64,000 nt of DNA from a virus (Duplodnaviria > Caudoviricetes), in IMG/VR virus record IMGVR_UViG_3300017814_000114, positions 1-64,000 of that record. The stretch is one strand, 5' to 3'. The notes under the pieces are model-generated. The model saw only the letters and a list, made by a program, of their open reading frames with translations, did not search any database and was not told where the DNA came from. A program made the position numbers and the translations under genes. Position 1 is the first letter of the stretch; the number at the start of each line of letters is the position of its first letter. This document shows positions 19,722 through 30,033 of this stretch, piece by piece.

Positions 19722-20523
19722 CAAAGACTTCTTTGAAAAAACGATTTTGACGGCGACATCCGCTACGGCTGATGTGTTCGATTCGCTTTGTGATCAAATC
19801 GAAACGGCTGCACTGGATGCTGTTATATTCTTTTTCCCGGTAGAAACAAAAGCCGAGAATTTGAATGAAGAGCTTTTAAAAGAGGTGAAACGGTATATTT
19901 GCTTCAAGACGTTTTACAATGGAATCCCTCTTCTCGACCTGGTGCTCACTCCCACCGGTTTCGGTGTCGTGAGCAATCAGAATTTAGCTCCGGCTTCACG
20001 TGATCGTGTCGATTCTTTGCGCCGTCTCGTCGGCAATTGCCGTGACGAATCGGTTGACAGAGTACTTGAAATGCTCCCTTCACTAAAAGATTGGGGAGAT
20101 ACGATCGTGGCTCGATTCCGAATCGGATCGCTCTTCTATACCGCTCATCAGTTGAGAGACTATGCAGGCAAGCCTGAAGCTTTACGCTCCGATCTTCATC
20201 AATTGGGCCCGGCCATCGCCGAAGCGGAAGAGATTATACAATCGCATATTTCTAAGGAACTTTTCAAGTCGCTTCTTGAAAAAATCAGGAAGAACACTTT
20301 GGCTGATGACGAGATCATCGTCCTGCATGCGCTCCGCCGTGCAGTCGGTTTCTTCATCAACGATAAGCTCCCCGCTTTCCGTCGGGAAATAGACGATGTT
20401 GTGAATGTCATAGAAGATAATCCAGATAAGTTTCCCACTTACAAAGATAGTACGGCATATAAAGTAAAACACTTTGAACATTACCAAAATGATAAAGACG
20501 ATACCACCTACTTTTTCGGCTAA
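19705..20523 (+). CDS. Probable head-tail connector (DUF6712-like)
   Basis: IPLLDLVLTPTGFGVVSNQNLAPAS; follows the portal. Confidence 0.55.
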   Translation: MKITIDKDFFEKTILTATSATADVFDSLCDQIETAALDAVIFFFPVETKAENLNEELLKEVKRYICFKTFYNGIPLLDLVLTPTGFGVVSNQNLAPASRDRVDSLRRLVGNCRDESVDRVLEMLPSLKDWGDTIVARFRIGSLFYTAHQLRDYAGKPEALRSDLHQLGPAIAEAEEIIQSHISKELFKSLLEKIRKNTLADDEIIVLHALRRAVGFFINDKLPAFRREIDDVVNVIEDNPDKFPTYKDSTAYKVKHFEHYQNDKDDTTYFFG

Positions 20524-21277
20524 AAAATTAGAGTTTCATATTCCGGACTGTTGGGAGAAACTCACACAGCAGCAGCTCCGCTATGTCTGTTATGCACTTG
20601 CCAATTATGAAGGACAGAGTGCGAAAGTCTATATTCTCGTTCGCTTGCTCGGACTCGAGGTGCAATACGAGACTGAAAAAGGCTGGTACTGCAAAACGAA
20701 ACTTGCCAGCGGTGACCGCATTTCGTTCACGCTACCGACGTGGCAGATTATGTCGTTCCTCAAAGTCGTAGATTTTGTTGATGTACCGGCGCATGTACCT
20801 GTTTGTTTGTTCCGCATCGGTAAATTGACGGCTGTCGATCCGTTGTTTCATGGTGTTTCTTTTTCCGAGTACCTGCAAATAGAGAACCTTTTTCAAGGGT
20901 ATTTATTTCAGCATGATGATGAGTTTTTGGTTAGAATGGCTCTTCTTATGTATGCCGATAAGTGGGGCAGACACCCGTCTTCACATAAGTTCAAAAAGGA
21001 AGAACTTGTTTCTATCTTCCAATGGTACTACTCACTGAAAACTCGATTTTCCAAAGAGTTCACACATTTCTTTGAACGCATTGACGAGGACAGCGAGCAA
21101 AACGAAGAGGTACCGAATATGATCGAGATTATGAATAATGAAATCAGGGCGCTCACAGGTGGCGATATCACCAAAGAAAATACGGTTCTTGCGATGGATT
21201 GCTGGCGGGCACTTACAGAACTGAATGAGAAAGCCCGCGAAGCAAAAGAATTAAAGAAAAAATATGGACGCAAATAA
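20489..21277 (+). CDS. Hypothetical phage protein
   Basis: P.CWEKLT, ALTGGDITK; coupled ORF; start uncertain. Confidence 0.6.
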   Translation: MIKTIPPTFSAKKLEFHIPDCWEKLTQQQLRYVCYALANYEGQSAKVYILVRLLGLEVQYETEKGWYCKTKLASGDRISFTLPTWQIMSFLKVVDFVDVPAHVPVCLFRIGKLTAVDPLFHGVSFSEYLQIENLFQGYLFQHDDEFLVRMALLMYADKWGRHPSSHKFKKEELVSIFQWYYSLKTRFSKEFTHFFERIDEDSEQNEEVPNMIEIMNNEIRALTGGDITKENTVLAMDCWRALTELNEKAREAKELKKKYGRK

Positions 21278-21761
21278 TCTGTTTGATGCCATCGGTTATT
21301 TCCATAACCTTTGTGCTAAGAATAAACTGGCAAAAAAAAATAACTTCTTTGCCTGCACTTGTGGAGGTATCAATTCGCTGGACGAACTTCTTGGCAACTT
21401 CACCACGCAAAGCGCTTTCTTTGCTGTTGATGACACGAACGACGGCGTTACGAGACGCAATTCAGGCGGATTCTTCAAGCATCGTACTTTTACCGTCTTT
21501 CTGCTGAAGAGGTATAAGTTTGGTGATATGGCCGACCGTCAAAAAACGCTGGATATTTGCCGCCAACTCTTCAGGCAAATTCACTCACGGTTACTTGTCG
21601 ATGCCGACGACGAAAACAATGAACTCACTTATCTCAACACTGATAATGTCATGTCTCGTGAGATTAGCGAATATTTTCTGAACGGCTGTACAGGGCTTTA
21701 CTTTATGATTGATGTTTCCGAACCGGTAGACTTGCAATATAATGCGGACGAATGGGAATGA
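21264..21761 (+). CDS. Hypothetical protein, possible tail completion protein
   Basis: Coupled ORF in the structural operon. Confidence 0.5.
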   Translation: MDANNLFDAIGYFHNLCAKNKLAKKNNFFACTCGGINSLDELLGNFTTQSAFFAVDDTNDGVTRRNSGGFFKHRTFTVFLLKRYKFGDMADRQKTLDICRQLFRQIHSRLLVDADDENNELTYLNTDNVMSREISEYFLNGCTGLYFMIDVSEPVDLQYNADEWE

Positions 21762-22287
21762 CCGGATAAAAGCTTCGGCTGAAGATAGGGAGAAATACAT
21801 CAAGGCATGGCAAGAAATGATGATAACCATTTGGCATGAAAAGATTACACGCCTTCACGTACTTGATACGACACACCTATTCTCAGGCATTAACGGTGCG
21901 GTCATCGGTAGCGGTGGCAGTGTCCAAACCATCATGCACAAATTTCTGGAGTACGGCATTTACCAGGATTGCGGTACCGGACGAGGTTATAAAAAAGGCA
22001 ACGGGGGAAATCTCGAATTTCTCGATCCACTAAACGGCAGAGATGCTCGAGTAGGTAAACACCGCCAGGCGTCCGGAAAAGAAACAAGATATGGCGATCA
22101 CCGTAAACCACGTGAATGGTTTTCACGTTCCTATTTCGCTTCCGTCATGGTACTCAAAGAACAAATAGCCTATATGTACGCCGAAGAATTTACCGGAATC
22201 GTCATCGACGCAATTTCTTCAGCAGATACCAAAAAGAGTACTTCGATGCGTTCCTATCTGTGGGGGCATCACGGGCGGCGTCATTAG
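21742..22287 (+). CDS. Hypothetical protein, possible neck/virion morphogenesis protein
   Basis: DT..L...YGIYQDCGTGRG...RKPREWFSR. Confidence 0.5.
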   Translation: MRTNGNDRIKASAEDREKYIKAWQEMMITIWHEKITRLHVLDTTHLFSGINGAVIGSGGSVQTIMHKFLEYGIYQDCGTGRGYKKGNGGNLEFLDPLNGRDARVGKHRQASGKETRYGDHRKPREWFSRSYFASVMVLKEQIAYMYAEEFTGIVIDAISSADTKKSTSMRSYLWGHHGRRH

Positions 22288-22289
22288 CT

Positions 22290-22324
22290 GTCTTTTTATA
22301 CGAAAAGCTTCCTTTGTTCCTTTG
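22290..22324 (+). promoter_or_regulatory. Late-type promoter GTCTTTT-N20-TTCCTTTG
   Basis: Fixed-spacing shared motif. Confidence 0.6.
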
Positions 22325-22340
22325 GTAAAATTTATAATTT

Positions 22341-25300
22341 ATGGCCGATATTAAAGACGATTTACGCAAAAGAGCGACTGAAGTTAGAGACGAACGAAAA
22401 GCAGGGGCTAATACTGCTTTTCGTCTCGGCTCGTTATTATTGGCTATTATTGACGACAGAGTAGATATCGATGATTTAAGTCGGAATTTTCTAAGTCGTA
22501 CATCCGATGATACGGCATCGGGTATTATCGATTTTATCAAAGGGCTGAAGATAGCAGGCAAATCATTATCCGATATCATCCTTTCGACGGATGAAGCCAG
22601 TGATAGCGACATGAAAGATTCTTCCATCTTGTCGGCATTGAAAGCGGCGGGCATGTTTTTACGGAAGGATAAGGAGGATTCAACCGAATTTCTTGTGAAA
22701 CTACTGGGCGGTATCGTTACGACATTTCTGAAGTCTGACAATTTTGAATCGGGTCAATTCGGTTCTGGGTTTGGCGTTTACAAAAAAGCGGACGGCAAGT
22801 CATATATGGAAGTCGACGAGCTGCTGGTGAGAGTGAAAGCGATCTTTAGCGAACTTGAAATTCGGAAGCTATCGTACGTTGGTGGTAACATTATCTTCTC
22901 GAGTGCGGGTTCGAAGATTGTTCGCGTAGAAGAAACTTCCGACACTTATCGTTGCTATTTCATGGCTGATGACGGAACGACGGCCACAACAAACGGTTTT
23001 GCTGTTGGCGACCAAGCACGCTGTCAGACTTTCAACATCAAGGCGGGCAAATATACAGGTGTAGCGAATAAGTATTATTGGCGGCTCGTTACGGCTGTAG
23101 GGGACGATTATATTGAACTTTCAAAGACAGACTGTGACGGAACGGATATACCTACTGCTGGAGATTCTATCGTCCAAATGGGCAACAGAACGAATACCGC
23201 CAGACAGAATCTGATCGAGATAGTCGTTACCGGTGACGATGCTCCGGCATTCATCGAATATGCGGGCGTGAATGCCTATTCGTTAGAGGGTAAAAGGAAA
23301 ACGGTGCTTTCTCCCAAAGGAGATGAATTCGTTGCCAAATCATTCAAAATATTGGTGAATGATGGTGCCGTACGTATCCCTGCTGATTCTGGCGAATGGA
23401 TTAAAGGCACTCCATGTTCATATTATAATCGCGTATCACACAATGGGTCTTTGTGGCTCTGTATTATTCCTGAAGGAAAAACAACGACCGACGAGCCGAT
23501 GGAAGGTTCGACCTCTTGGCAAAAACAAGTATCCAAAGGCAACGATGGGACTGACGGCAAAGACGGTAATGATGGTGCAACTGGCCCACAAGGTGAAAAG
23601 GGAGATAAAGGAGATACAGGTAGTACAGGAGCTAAAGGTGACAAGGGCGATACCGGCGCACAAGGCATACAAGGGTTACAAGGTTTGCAAGGCGAAAAAG
23701 GTGATCAAGGTATCCCGGGTGTTAAGGGAGATACTGGAGCGCAAGGCTCTAAAGGGGATGCCGGGCAAACGTCTTACTTCCATATCAAATACAGCGATTA
23801 CGCCGACGGCACTAACATGAATGAGAATGGCGGTGCATACATCGGCACATACGTCGATTTCACACAAGCTGATTCTGCCGATAAAACAAATTACACCTGG
23901 GTACTTGTTAAAGGTGCACAAGGGACAAAGGGTGATCAAGGCATTGCGGGGTCAAACGGCGCGAACGGTCAGACGTCTTATCTGCATATAGCCTATGCCG
24001 ATAGTGCGGATGGCAAAACGAATTTCAATCAAGATTCTGGTGCATACATCGGTCAATACGTAGATTTCACGCAAACCGACTCTGCCGATTATACAAAATA
24101 CAATTGGACGCTTATCAAGGGAGCTAAGGGTGATAAAGGGGATACCGGCGCACAAGGCATACAAGGATTACAAGGTATACAGGGTGACAAGGGAGAGCAA
24201 GGTATTCCAGGCACAAAAGGAGACAAAGGAGATGCCGGGCAAACGTCTTACTTCCATGTCAAGTACAGCGATTACGCCGACGGTACCAATATGAATGAAA
24301 ATGGCGGCGCATACATCGGTACATACGTCGACTTCACGCCCGCCGATTCTGCCGACAAGACAAAATACACCTGGGTACTCGTTAAAGGTGCACAAGGCAC
24401 AAAGGGTGATCAAGGTATTGCGGGTGCAAACGGCGCGAATGGGCAGACGTCTTACCTGCATATAGCCTATGCCGATAGTGCAGACGGTAAGACGAACTTC
24501 AACCAAGATTCAGGAGCCTACATCGGTCAATACGTAGATTTCACGCAAACAGATTCTTCCGATTATACAAAATACAATTGGACACTTATTAAGGGAGCTA
24601 AGGGTGATACTGGCGCGACCGGTGCACAAGGTATACAAGGATTGCAAGGTATACAGGGTAACAAAGGTGATCAAGGCATTCCTGGCACAAAAGGAGACAA
24701 AGGAGATACCGGGCAGACTTCATACTTTCATGTCAAATACAGCGATTACGCCGACGGTACCAATATGAATGAAAATGGTGGTGCATACATCGGCACATAC
24801 GTCGACTTCACATCAGCCGATTCTGCCGACAAAACAAAATACACCTGGGTACTCGTCAAAGGTGCACAAGGGACAAAGGGAGAGCAAGGTATTGCGGGGT
24901 CAAACGGCGCGAATGGGCAGACGTCTTACCTGCATATAGCCTATGCCGATAGTGCGGACGGTAAAACGAACTTCAACCAAGATTCTGGCACATACATCGG
25001 CCAATACGTGGATTTCACGCAAACCGACTCTTCCGATTATACGAAATACAATTGGACGCTTATCAAAGGAGCTAAGGGCGACACTGGAGCGCAAGGGAAT
25101 AAAGGCGATACAGGCGCAAAGGGTGATACCGGTGCGACTGGAGAAAAAGGAGCTCAAGGAGTTCAAGGAGAGAAGGGAGATAAAGGAACAGCCGGAAATG
25201 ACGGCTATTCCTGTTCCCTCACGTCCTATTCGACGATGTTGAACTCGGATTCGAACGGTGTGATAGGAAGTCTTGCAGCTGCCGTAACGGTCGTAAAACT

Positions 25301-26945
25301 CTACCAAGGTTCTACGGCTGTTACGCCTGTCATTTCAATTGATTCCGCTTCCAATTGCTCTGCCAGCACTTCGGGACTTAATGTGTCCATTGCGTCCGTA
25401 CCGAATAATACCAAATCGGGATACGTCGATATAAAGATTGTCTATGGTAGTTTTGTCAAGATAGAGCGGTATACGTTTACCGTCGTGGATTATACGGTCG
25501 TCAAAAACTATACGCAGACAATTGTAGGCGATCAAATGACGAGCTATGCAACGAAGGATACTGTCGATGTTCTCGGCAGGACTGTTTCAGATCACACTAC
25601 TGCAATTCGACAGAATTCGGAAGATATTACTTTAAAAGCGTCACAGAAAGATGTTACTGATTTGGGCGGTCGAATGACTTCGGCCGAAGCGAGTATAACA
25701 CCCGATGCAATCAATTTAACCGTCAAATCACAAATAGATAAAGCGGTCGGGAATGCACAGGACGAAATAAAGTCATCCTTTTCTATCGGTGCAGATGGCA
25801 TTTCGATGTTAGGTAAGAAGATCAGCCTTACAGGAATGGTTTCATTCAAATCCCTATCCGATTATAGTGATGTGGACGGACGTATTAAGAGCGCACAGGA
25901 TTCGGCGAATAATGCCAATAACAGCTTAGGTACTCTAACAAAAAGTTTGGGCGATCTCGCCTATAAAAGCCTAGTAGAACAGGCGATGAAAGAGGAAGGC
26001 TTAATAAGCGGTGCTTTTCTGAAGATGAGTTTGATAGACGTTAAAAACGTCGTTGCACAAGGTATCAGTGCCCAAACGATAGATGCCGGTAACGCCACGT
26101 TCAAGAATCTGAATGTCGATACGGTAAAAATGACCAATGCCGATGTGACCGGAAAGATAACGGCGGCGACAGGTGCCATCGGCCTTTTTTCCATTGATGA
26201 CAACGGATTGTATTCTGGTGACCCCACCCAATGGACTACAGCCTCTTATAAACAGAACTTGACATCTGTTATTCCGGGATGTATCAAGATCCAAAAACAA
26301 TACGGATATTTTCAGGCGGGCGATGTTTCCAATATAAAAGTGGGTATAGGTGATGGAGCCGATCCAGGCACAAGTAAATTAAATTCGTCTGCCTGCTTAT
26401 GTTCTGGATATTTTTATCGTCGGATGAACTATAGTATAGACCCATATTATCCCTCAGTTCGAATTATTAGTGATAATGTTATTAATAGAAATGTAGCATT
26501 AGAGTTAACCGGTGGCTTACGTGTACGCGGCGGAATTATGGAGACGGGGAATTTAATGAACGTAATATATAGTAGCTCTACTAGTGTCATAGATTTAAGC
26601 TTTGGAACTTCAATAGTAATAAAAAGTTCTGTTAATAACTTTAGCATATTCCTACCAACATTATCACAGGTGCGTTCACAACTGGGGCTTACTTCATCTG
26701 ATTCTTTTTGTGTTCCCATAAGGATCGGAATAGAGAAAAACAGTTTATATGGAATTTATTTAAAGACGCAAAATAAAGCAAATCCTCCAGCAAGCGATGC
26801 GGAAGGTGGAATGTTGGTAAATAATGATGGTGGAGAATGGCAAAATTCAAACTTAACAATGGCAAAAGGTGATGTTGCTAGATTTTCGCTTACATATACC
26901 CCTTATTCAGGATATTATGCACAACTTGACACGTGGTTTAATTAA
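22341..26945 (+). CDS. Tail fibre / host-specificity protein with collagen-like repeats
   Basis: Gly-X-Y tracts, three 158-aa repeats, coiled-coil stalk, variable C-terminus. Confidence 0.85.
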   Translation: MADIKDDLRKRATEVRDERKAGANTAFRLGSLLLAIIDDRVDIDDLSRNFLSRTSDDTASGIIDFIKGLKIAGKSLSDIILSTDEASDSDMKDSSILSALKAAGMFLRKDKEDSTEFLVKLLGGIVTTFLKSDNFESGQFGSGFGVYKKADGKSYMEVDELLVRVKAIFSELEIRKLSYVGGNIIFSSAGSKIVRVEETSDTYRCYFMADDGTTATTNGFAVGDQARCQTFNIKAGKYTGVANKYYWRLVTAVGDDYIELSKTDCDGTDIPTAGDSIVQMGNRTNTARQNLIEIVVTGDDAPAFIEYAGVNAYSLEGKRKTVLSPKGDEFVAKSFKILVNDGAVRIPADSGEWIKGTPCSYYNRVSHNGSLWLCIIPEGKTTTDEPMEGSTSWQKQVSKGNDGTDGKDGNDGATGPQGEKGDKGDTGSTGAKGDKGDTGAQGIQGLQGLQGEKGDQGIPGVKGDTGAQGSKGDAGQTSYFHIKYSDYADGTNMNENGGAYIGTYVDFTQADSADKTNYTWVLVKGAQGTKGDQGIAGSNGANGQTSYLHIAYADSADGKTNFNQDSGAYIGQYVDFTQTDSADYTKYNWTLIKGAKGDKGDTGAQGIQGLQGIQGDKGEQGIPGTKGDKGDAGQTSYFHVKYSDYADGTNMNENGGAYIGTYVDFTPADSADKTKYTWVLVKGAQGTKGDQGIAGANGANGQTSYLHIAYADSADGKTNFNQDSGAYIGQYVDFTQTDSSDYTKYNWTLIKGAKGDTGATGAQGIQGLQGIQGNKGDQGIPGTKGDKGDTGQTSYFHVKYSDYADGTNMNENGGAYIGTYVDFTSADSADKTKYTWVLVKGAQGTKGEQGIAGSNGANGQTSYLHIAYADSADGKTNFNQDSGTYIGQYVDFTQTDSSDYTKYNWTLIKGAKGDTGAQGNKGDTGAKGDTGATGEKGAQGVQGEKGDKGTAGNDGYSCSLTSYSTMLNSDSNGVIGSLAAAVTVVKLYQGSTAVTPVISIDSASNCSASTSGLNVSIASVPNNTKSGYVDIKIVYGSFVKIERYTFTVVDYTVVKNYTQTIVGDQMTSYATKDTVDVLGRTVSDHTTAIRQNSEDITLKASQKDVTDLGGRMTSAEASITPDAINLTVKSQIDKAVGNAQDEIKSSFSIGADGISMLGKKISLTGMVSFKSLSDYSDVDGRIKSAQDSANNANNSLGTLTKSLGDLAYKSLVEQAMKEEGLISGAFLKMSLIDVKNVVAQGISAQTIDAGNATFKNLNVDTVKMTNADVTGKITAATGAIGLFSIDDNGLYSGDPTQWTTASYKQNLTSVIPGCIKIQKQYGYFQAGDVSNIKVGIGDGADPGTSKLNSSACLCSGYFYRRMNYSIDPYYPSVRIISDNVINRNVALELTGGLRVRGGIMETGNLMNVIYSSSTSVIDLSFGTSIVIKSSVNNFSIFLPTLSQVRSQLGLTSSDSFCVPIRIGIEKNSLYGIYLKTQNKANPPASDAEGGMLVNNDGGEWQNSNLTMAKGDVARFSLTYTPYSGYYAQLDTWFN
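23649..25080 (+). repeat. Three intragenic tandem repeats, 474-bp period
   Basis: ACAGCGATTACGCCGACGG at 23791, 24265 and 24739. Confidence 0.95.
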
Positions 26946-26956
26946 ATAATAAAACA

Positions 26957-27346
26957 ATGAAAGTAAAAGTAAAATTTTTAGCGGAAAAAGAAATCGTTGA
27001 AGATGGAAAAGTCATAAGGACTGAAATAGTGAAAGATGCTTTGCAAATTCTCGATTTGGAAGGCCATAAAGTGGTTTTGACTGAATTTGGGAAAAGCATA
27101 TCAAACTCACTAATCATGGAGCAGATACCTAAAAATATCAGCGACATAATAGAGTATCGCAGATTTATTGAAAGATTACATGACAACAACGGTGAAGAAA
27201 TGGAAATAGATGAAATTTATATCCCTATCATCAAAGATTATGTAAAGAATACACAATCAATGTTGATAGTTAGTGCCGTATATGAGGTGCTTGATAATGC
27301 TGTTATGGAAGCAGAAGGCAAGGAATATGAACCAAATAAAAAATAA
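26957..27346 (+). CDS. Hypothetical protein, possible fibre chaperone
   Basis: Follows the fibre gene; AT-rich. Confidence 0.5.
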   Translation: MKVKVKFLAEKEIVEDGKVIRTEIVKDALQILDLEGHKVVLTEFGKSISNSLIMEQIPKNISDIIEYRRFIERLHDNNGEEMEIDEIYIPIIKDYVKNTQSMLIVSAVYEVLDNAVMEAEGKEYEPNKK

Positions 27347-27351
27347 AGATT

Positions 27352-27648
27352 ATGACAAATTTGATTACAGAAACAAAAGTAGAAACAATCGTTACCGGTT
27401 CTTATGAAACCGATTCGGCCAAGTATGAAATTGAGTACAGATACGTGGGTAAAAAACTGACAGATTGCGCTTGTACGATTAAGGACAAGCAGGGCAAGTA
27501 TCTTGGAAATATGAATTACGGTGACAATGCATCGGCCAACATTGACGACCGCAATACCTTATTTACCCACATAACGGTATTTAATCAGTTGGTCAATGAA
27601 ATTAAAACGAAAGTGGAAGGTACCACAGAAAGTGAGGAGGGCAAATAA
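27352..27648 (+). CDS. Hypothetical protein
   Basis: Coupled ORF. Confidence 0.6.
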   Translation: MTNLITETKVETIVTGSYETDSAKYEIEYRYVGKKLTDCACTIKDKQGKYLGNMNYGDNASANIDDRNTLFTHITVFNQLVNEIKTKVEGTTESEEGK

Positions 27649-28121
27649 TGAAGATGTTATTTATATCGTATCTCCTCACAGGAGAAACATCAAAAATAGC
27701 AATGTGGTTGCTTGTCTCTGCGGTTTTGGCTGTCATTATAAACGTATCAAGTATCTTTGACTTGGTTACCGGCATCAAGGCTAGTAAGCGATTAGGTAAC
27801 TTTAAAACAACATCGTTCGGACTTCGTCAAACTATAAGTAAGGACAGAGACTATATGATGTATTATTTCCTGATGTTCCTGATAGATTGCTGCCTTTCCT
27901 TTTTTGTTGACTTTCCGGTACTTTGTACTCTTTGTGCCATATCAGAGATAATCATAGAGGTTATATCTATCCGGGAGAACATGCACAAAGGACGGACCGA
28001 AACACATGATCCGATCGCCATGATGCAAAGTATTGCCACAGCTTACGGACAAGACAAAGCCGATAAGATTTTCAATATCATCAAACAACAGGAGGAAAAG
28101 AGTAATGAAAATAACGGTTGA
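27648..28121 (+). CDS. Holin
   Basis: Three hydrophobic segments, DLVTGIKAS..TSFGLRQT..K, EVISIREN. Confidence 0.8.
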   Translation: MKMLFISYLLTGETSKIAMWLLVSAVLAVIINVSSIFDLVTGIKASKRLGNFKTTSFGLRQTISKDRDYMMYYFLMFLIDCCLSFFVDFPVLCTLCAISEIIIEVISIRENMHKGRTETHDPIAMMQSIATAYGQDKADKIFNIIKQQEEKSNENNG

Positions 28122-28518
28122 CAGACTTTGGAAAAAAGAGACGTATACCATCGGAAAGATGGCCATTGATGAAAAATACTTCTGCAACACACTTGAAGAT
28201 AAAGTCAGAGACCTTACAAAAGAATCCAAAGTTTTCGGTAGGACGGCCATTCCTGCCGGAACTTACCGAGTGACGATGACTTACTCTCCCAAGTTCAAGC
28301 GAGTAATGCCACTGATTAACGGCGTTCCGCAATTCGAAGCTATCCGCATTCATCCGGGTAACAAGGCTGAAGATACGGAAGGCTGTATTCTTGTTGGCGA
28401 GAATACCGTAATAGGCGGTCTGACAAATTCACGCAAGTGGTCTAATGAGCTGAATAAGCGTATTCAAAATGCGATCGATAAGAAAGAGAATGTATATATA
28501 ACTCTAAAAAACGACTGA
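28105..28518 (+). CDS. DUF5675-family putative endolysin
   Basis: YTIG..FCNTLE..TAIPAGTY..IRIHPGN..DTEGCILVG; follows the holin. Confidence 0.8.
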   Translation: MKITVDRLWKKETYTIGKMAIDEKYFCNTLEDKVRDLTKESKVFGRTAIPAGTYRVTMTYSPKFKRVMPLINGVPQFEAIRIHPGNKAEDTEGCILVGENTVIGGLTNSRKWSNELNKRIQNAIDKKENVYITLKND

Positions 28519-28519
28519 A

Positions 28520-28723
28520 ATGAAAGATTATCAAAAAAGACTTATAGCTGAAGAAAAACAGCTATCGGAGAATGCAAAGAAACTCGAGGATTTTATATTT
28601 GAAAGCCCCGTGTATGAAACTTTAAGTAGGCAGCAACAAAAGCTATCTTGCCAACAACTAGGTGCGATGGAAATGTATTGTCGTATTTTGCGGGAACGAA
28701 TTAAATTAGAAAACATCGAATAA
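28520..28723 (+). CDS. crAss001_48-like small helical protein
   Basis: YQKRL..E..QL...KL..FI...QL.AM..Y..IL.ERI. Confidence 0.65.
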   Translation: MKDYQKRLIAEEKQLSENAKKLEDFIFESPVYETLSRQQQKLSCQQLGAMEMYCRILRERIKLENIE

Positions 28724-28731
28724 TTGATGAT

Positions 28732-29151
28732 ATGAAACGAAAGCAGACGTACATATACACTATCATCCTATTTATGATGTTGCTGACCTCATGTCGATCG
28801 GTTAAGTATGTGCCGGTTGAAAGCGTTCGGACCGAAACGAAGTATATCAATAAGCTGGTGCAAAAGCATGATTCCATCTATTTGCACGATTCTATTTCTT
28901 CGTATATCAAAGGGGATACGGTATTTATGGATAAGTACCAGACGAAGTACGTGAACAAGTATATCTTCGGCACGGACAGTGTCTATTTTAATAAGAACGA
29001 TTCCATACGTGTTCCTTATCCGGTAGAAAAACAGCTCACCAAGTGGCAAAAGGTAGAAATGAATACTGGCAGAATAACGATTATTGCATTGATTGTGTTG
29101 GCTATTTCATCGGGAGTTTATCTTTTTGTGAAGGATAAAATAAGAAAGTAA
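28732..29151 (+). CDS. Lipoprotein with C-terminal TM helix, probable unimolecular spanin
   Basis: Lipobox LLTSC, DSI/DTV repeats, C-terminal TM helix, last gene of the lysis cassette. Confidence 0.65.
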   Translation: MKRKQTYIYTIILFMMLLTSCRSVKYVPVESVRTETKYINKLVQKHDSIYLHDSISSYIKGDTVFMDKYQTKYVNKYIFGTDSVYFNKNDSIRVPYPVEKQLTKWQKVEMNTGRITIIALIVLAISSGVYLFVKDKIRK

Positions 29152-29186
29152 ACCGAGAGGTTGAAGAAATAATTTTAGATTGAGAG

Positions 29187-29230
29187 AAGGAAGTTCCGGA
29201 TAAAATTCTGGCACTTCCTTTATTTATTTT
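29187..29230 (+). terminator. Terminator after lysis cassette
   Basis: AAGGAAGT...ACTTCCTT plus T-rich tail. Confidence 0.65.
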
Positions 29231-29284
29231 CATTGTGCAACAAACAAAAGTTGATTATCTTCGCAGCATCAAAACACAAGTAAT

Positions 29285-29512
29285 ATGGAAACAGCAACAA
29301 AAATGATTATGAGCGACATTCTCTTGGATATCTCTTGGGCAAGACTATCTACAAGATATCTCGGCAAATCACGCTCTTGGCTGCACCAAAAACTAGACGG
29401 TATTAATAGTAACGGTGGCGTCGGAGAATTTTCTGCTGAAGAAAAACAACAGCTCAAAGGTGCTTTATGCGATCTTTCGGAACGTATACGCCAAGCAGCT
29501 GAAAAGATTTAG
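29285..29512 (+). CDS. DUF5053-family HTH protein (antitoxin-like, orphan)
   Basis: ISWARLSTRYLGKSRSWLHQKLDG...FSAEEKQQLKGAL.DLS.RI. Confidence 0.8.
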   Translation: METATKMIMSDILLDISWARLSTRYLGKSRSWLHQKLDGINSNGGVGEFSAEEKQQLKGALCDLSERIRQAAEKI

Positions 29513-29553
29513 GCCTTTCTTTTATATTTTGATTGCCGTTTAGGTCACGGCTT

Positions 29554-29586
29554 TGCTCCGAGTCTTTTATGGATTCGGAGCATTTT
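29554..29586 (+). terminator. Terminator
   Basis: TGCTCCGAGTC...GATTCGGAGCA. Confidence 0.7.
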
Positions 29587-29811
29587 ATCCCTCCTTTTTT
29601 ATCTTAAAAGTCTTTTCTAAAATAAACCTTGCGGTTGGATTAAAGATAGCGATAGAGATTCTTTTACTGAACGAATAATAAGAGGGAAACTGCAAATGTT
29701 ATATTATTAATAATAAATTTTATTGATGTTTTTTATTAATAAAGTTGATTGGAATTGCAATTATATTAATAACTTTGCACAAGAAGTTGAAACAAACAGA
29801 TAATAGAAATT

Positions 29812-30033
29812 ATGGAAAAGGATATCGAACTAAAGAGACAACAGTTGATACAAAAGATTCAAGAAATGCCTGTGTCAAAATCGGATCATCCTTTAAGTAA
29901 GCATGAAGTCTATACTAAAATAATGGAAGCTGGCTATAGACGTGCTTTTGCGACTCCTGAATCAGCAAAAAAATTTCTTCAAAGAGCAGGAGTTTATAAT
30001 TCAAAAGGAGAACTTGCTAAGGGATATAAATAA
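29812..30033 (+). CDS. Small protein coupled to ART gene, putative antitoxin
   Basis: TAATG stop/start overlap; own TAACTTTG promoter element. Confidence 0.55.
   Translation: MEKDIELKRQQLIQKIQEMPVSKSDHPLSKHEVYTKIMEAGYRRAFATPESAKKFLQRAGVYNSKGELAKGYK

Noticed and set aside
23649-25080. Near-identical repeats suggesting a DGR template/variable repeat or a shufflon
   Set aside because: In-frame tandem coding repeats with mostly synonymous differences that are not adenine-specific; no reverse transcriptase or invertase in the window
29587-29700. Possible minus-strand sRNA or peptide (TCCCTC...GAGGGA pairing)
   Set aside because: Short pairing, no consensus promoter or ATG; insufficient support
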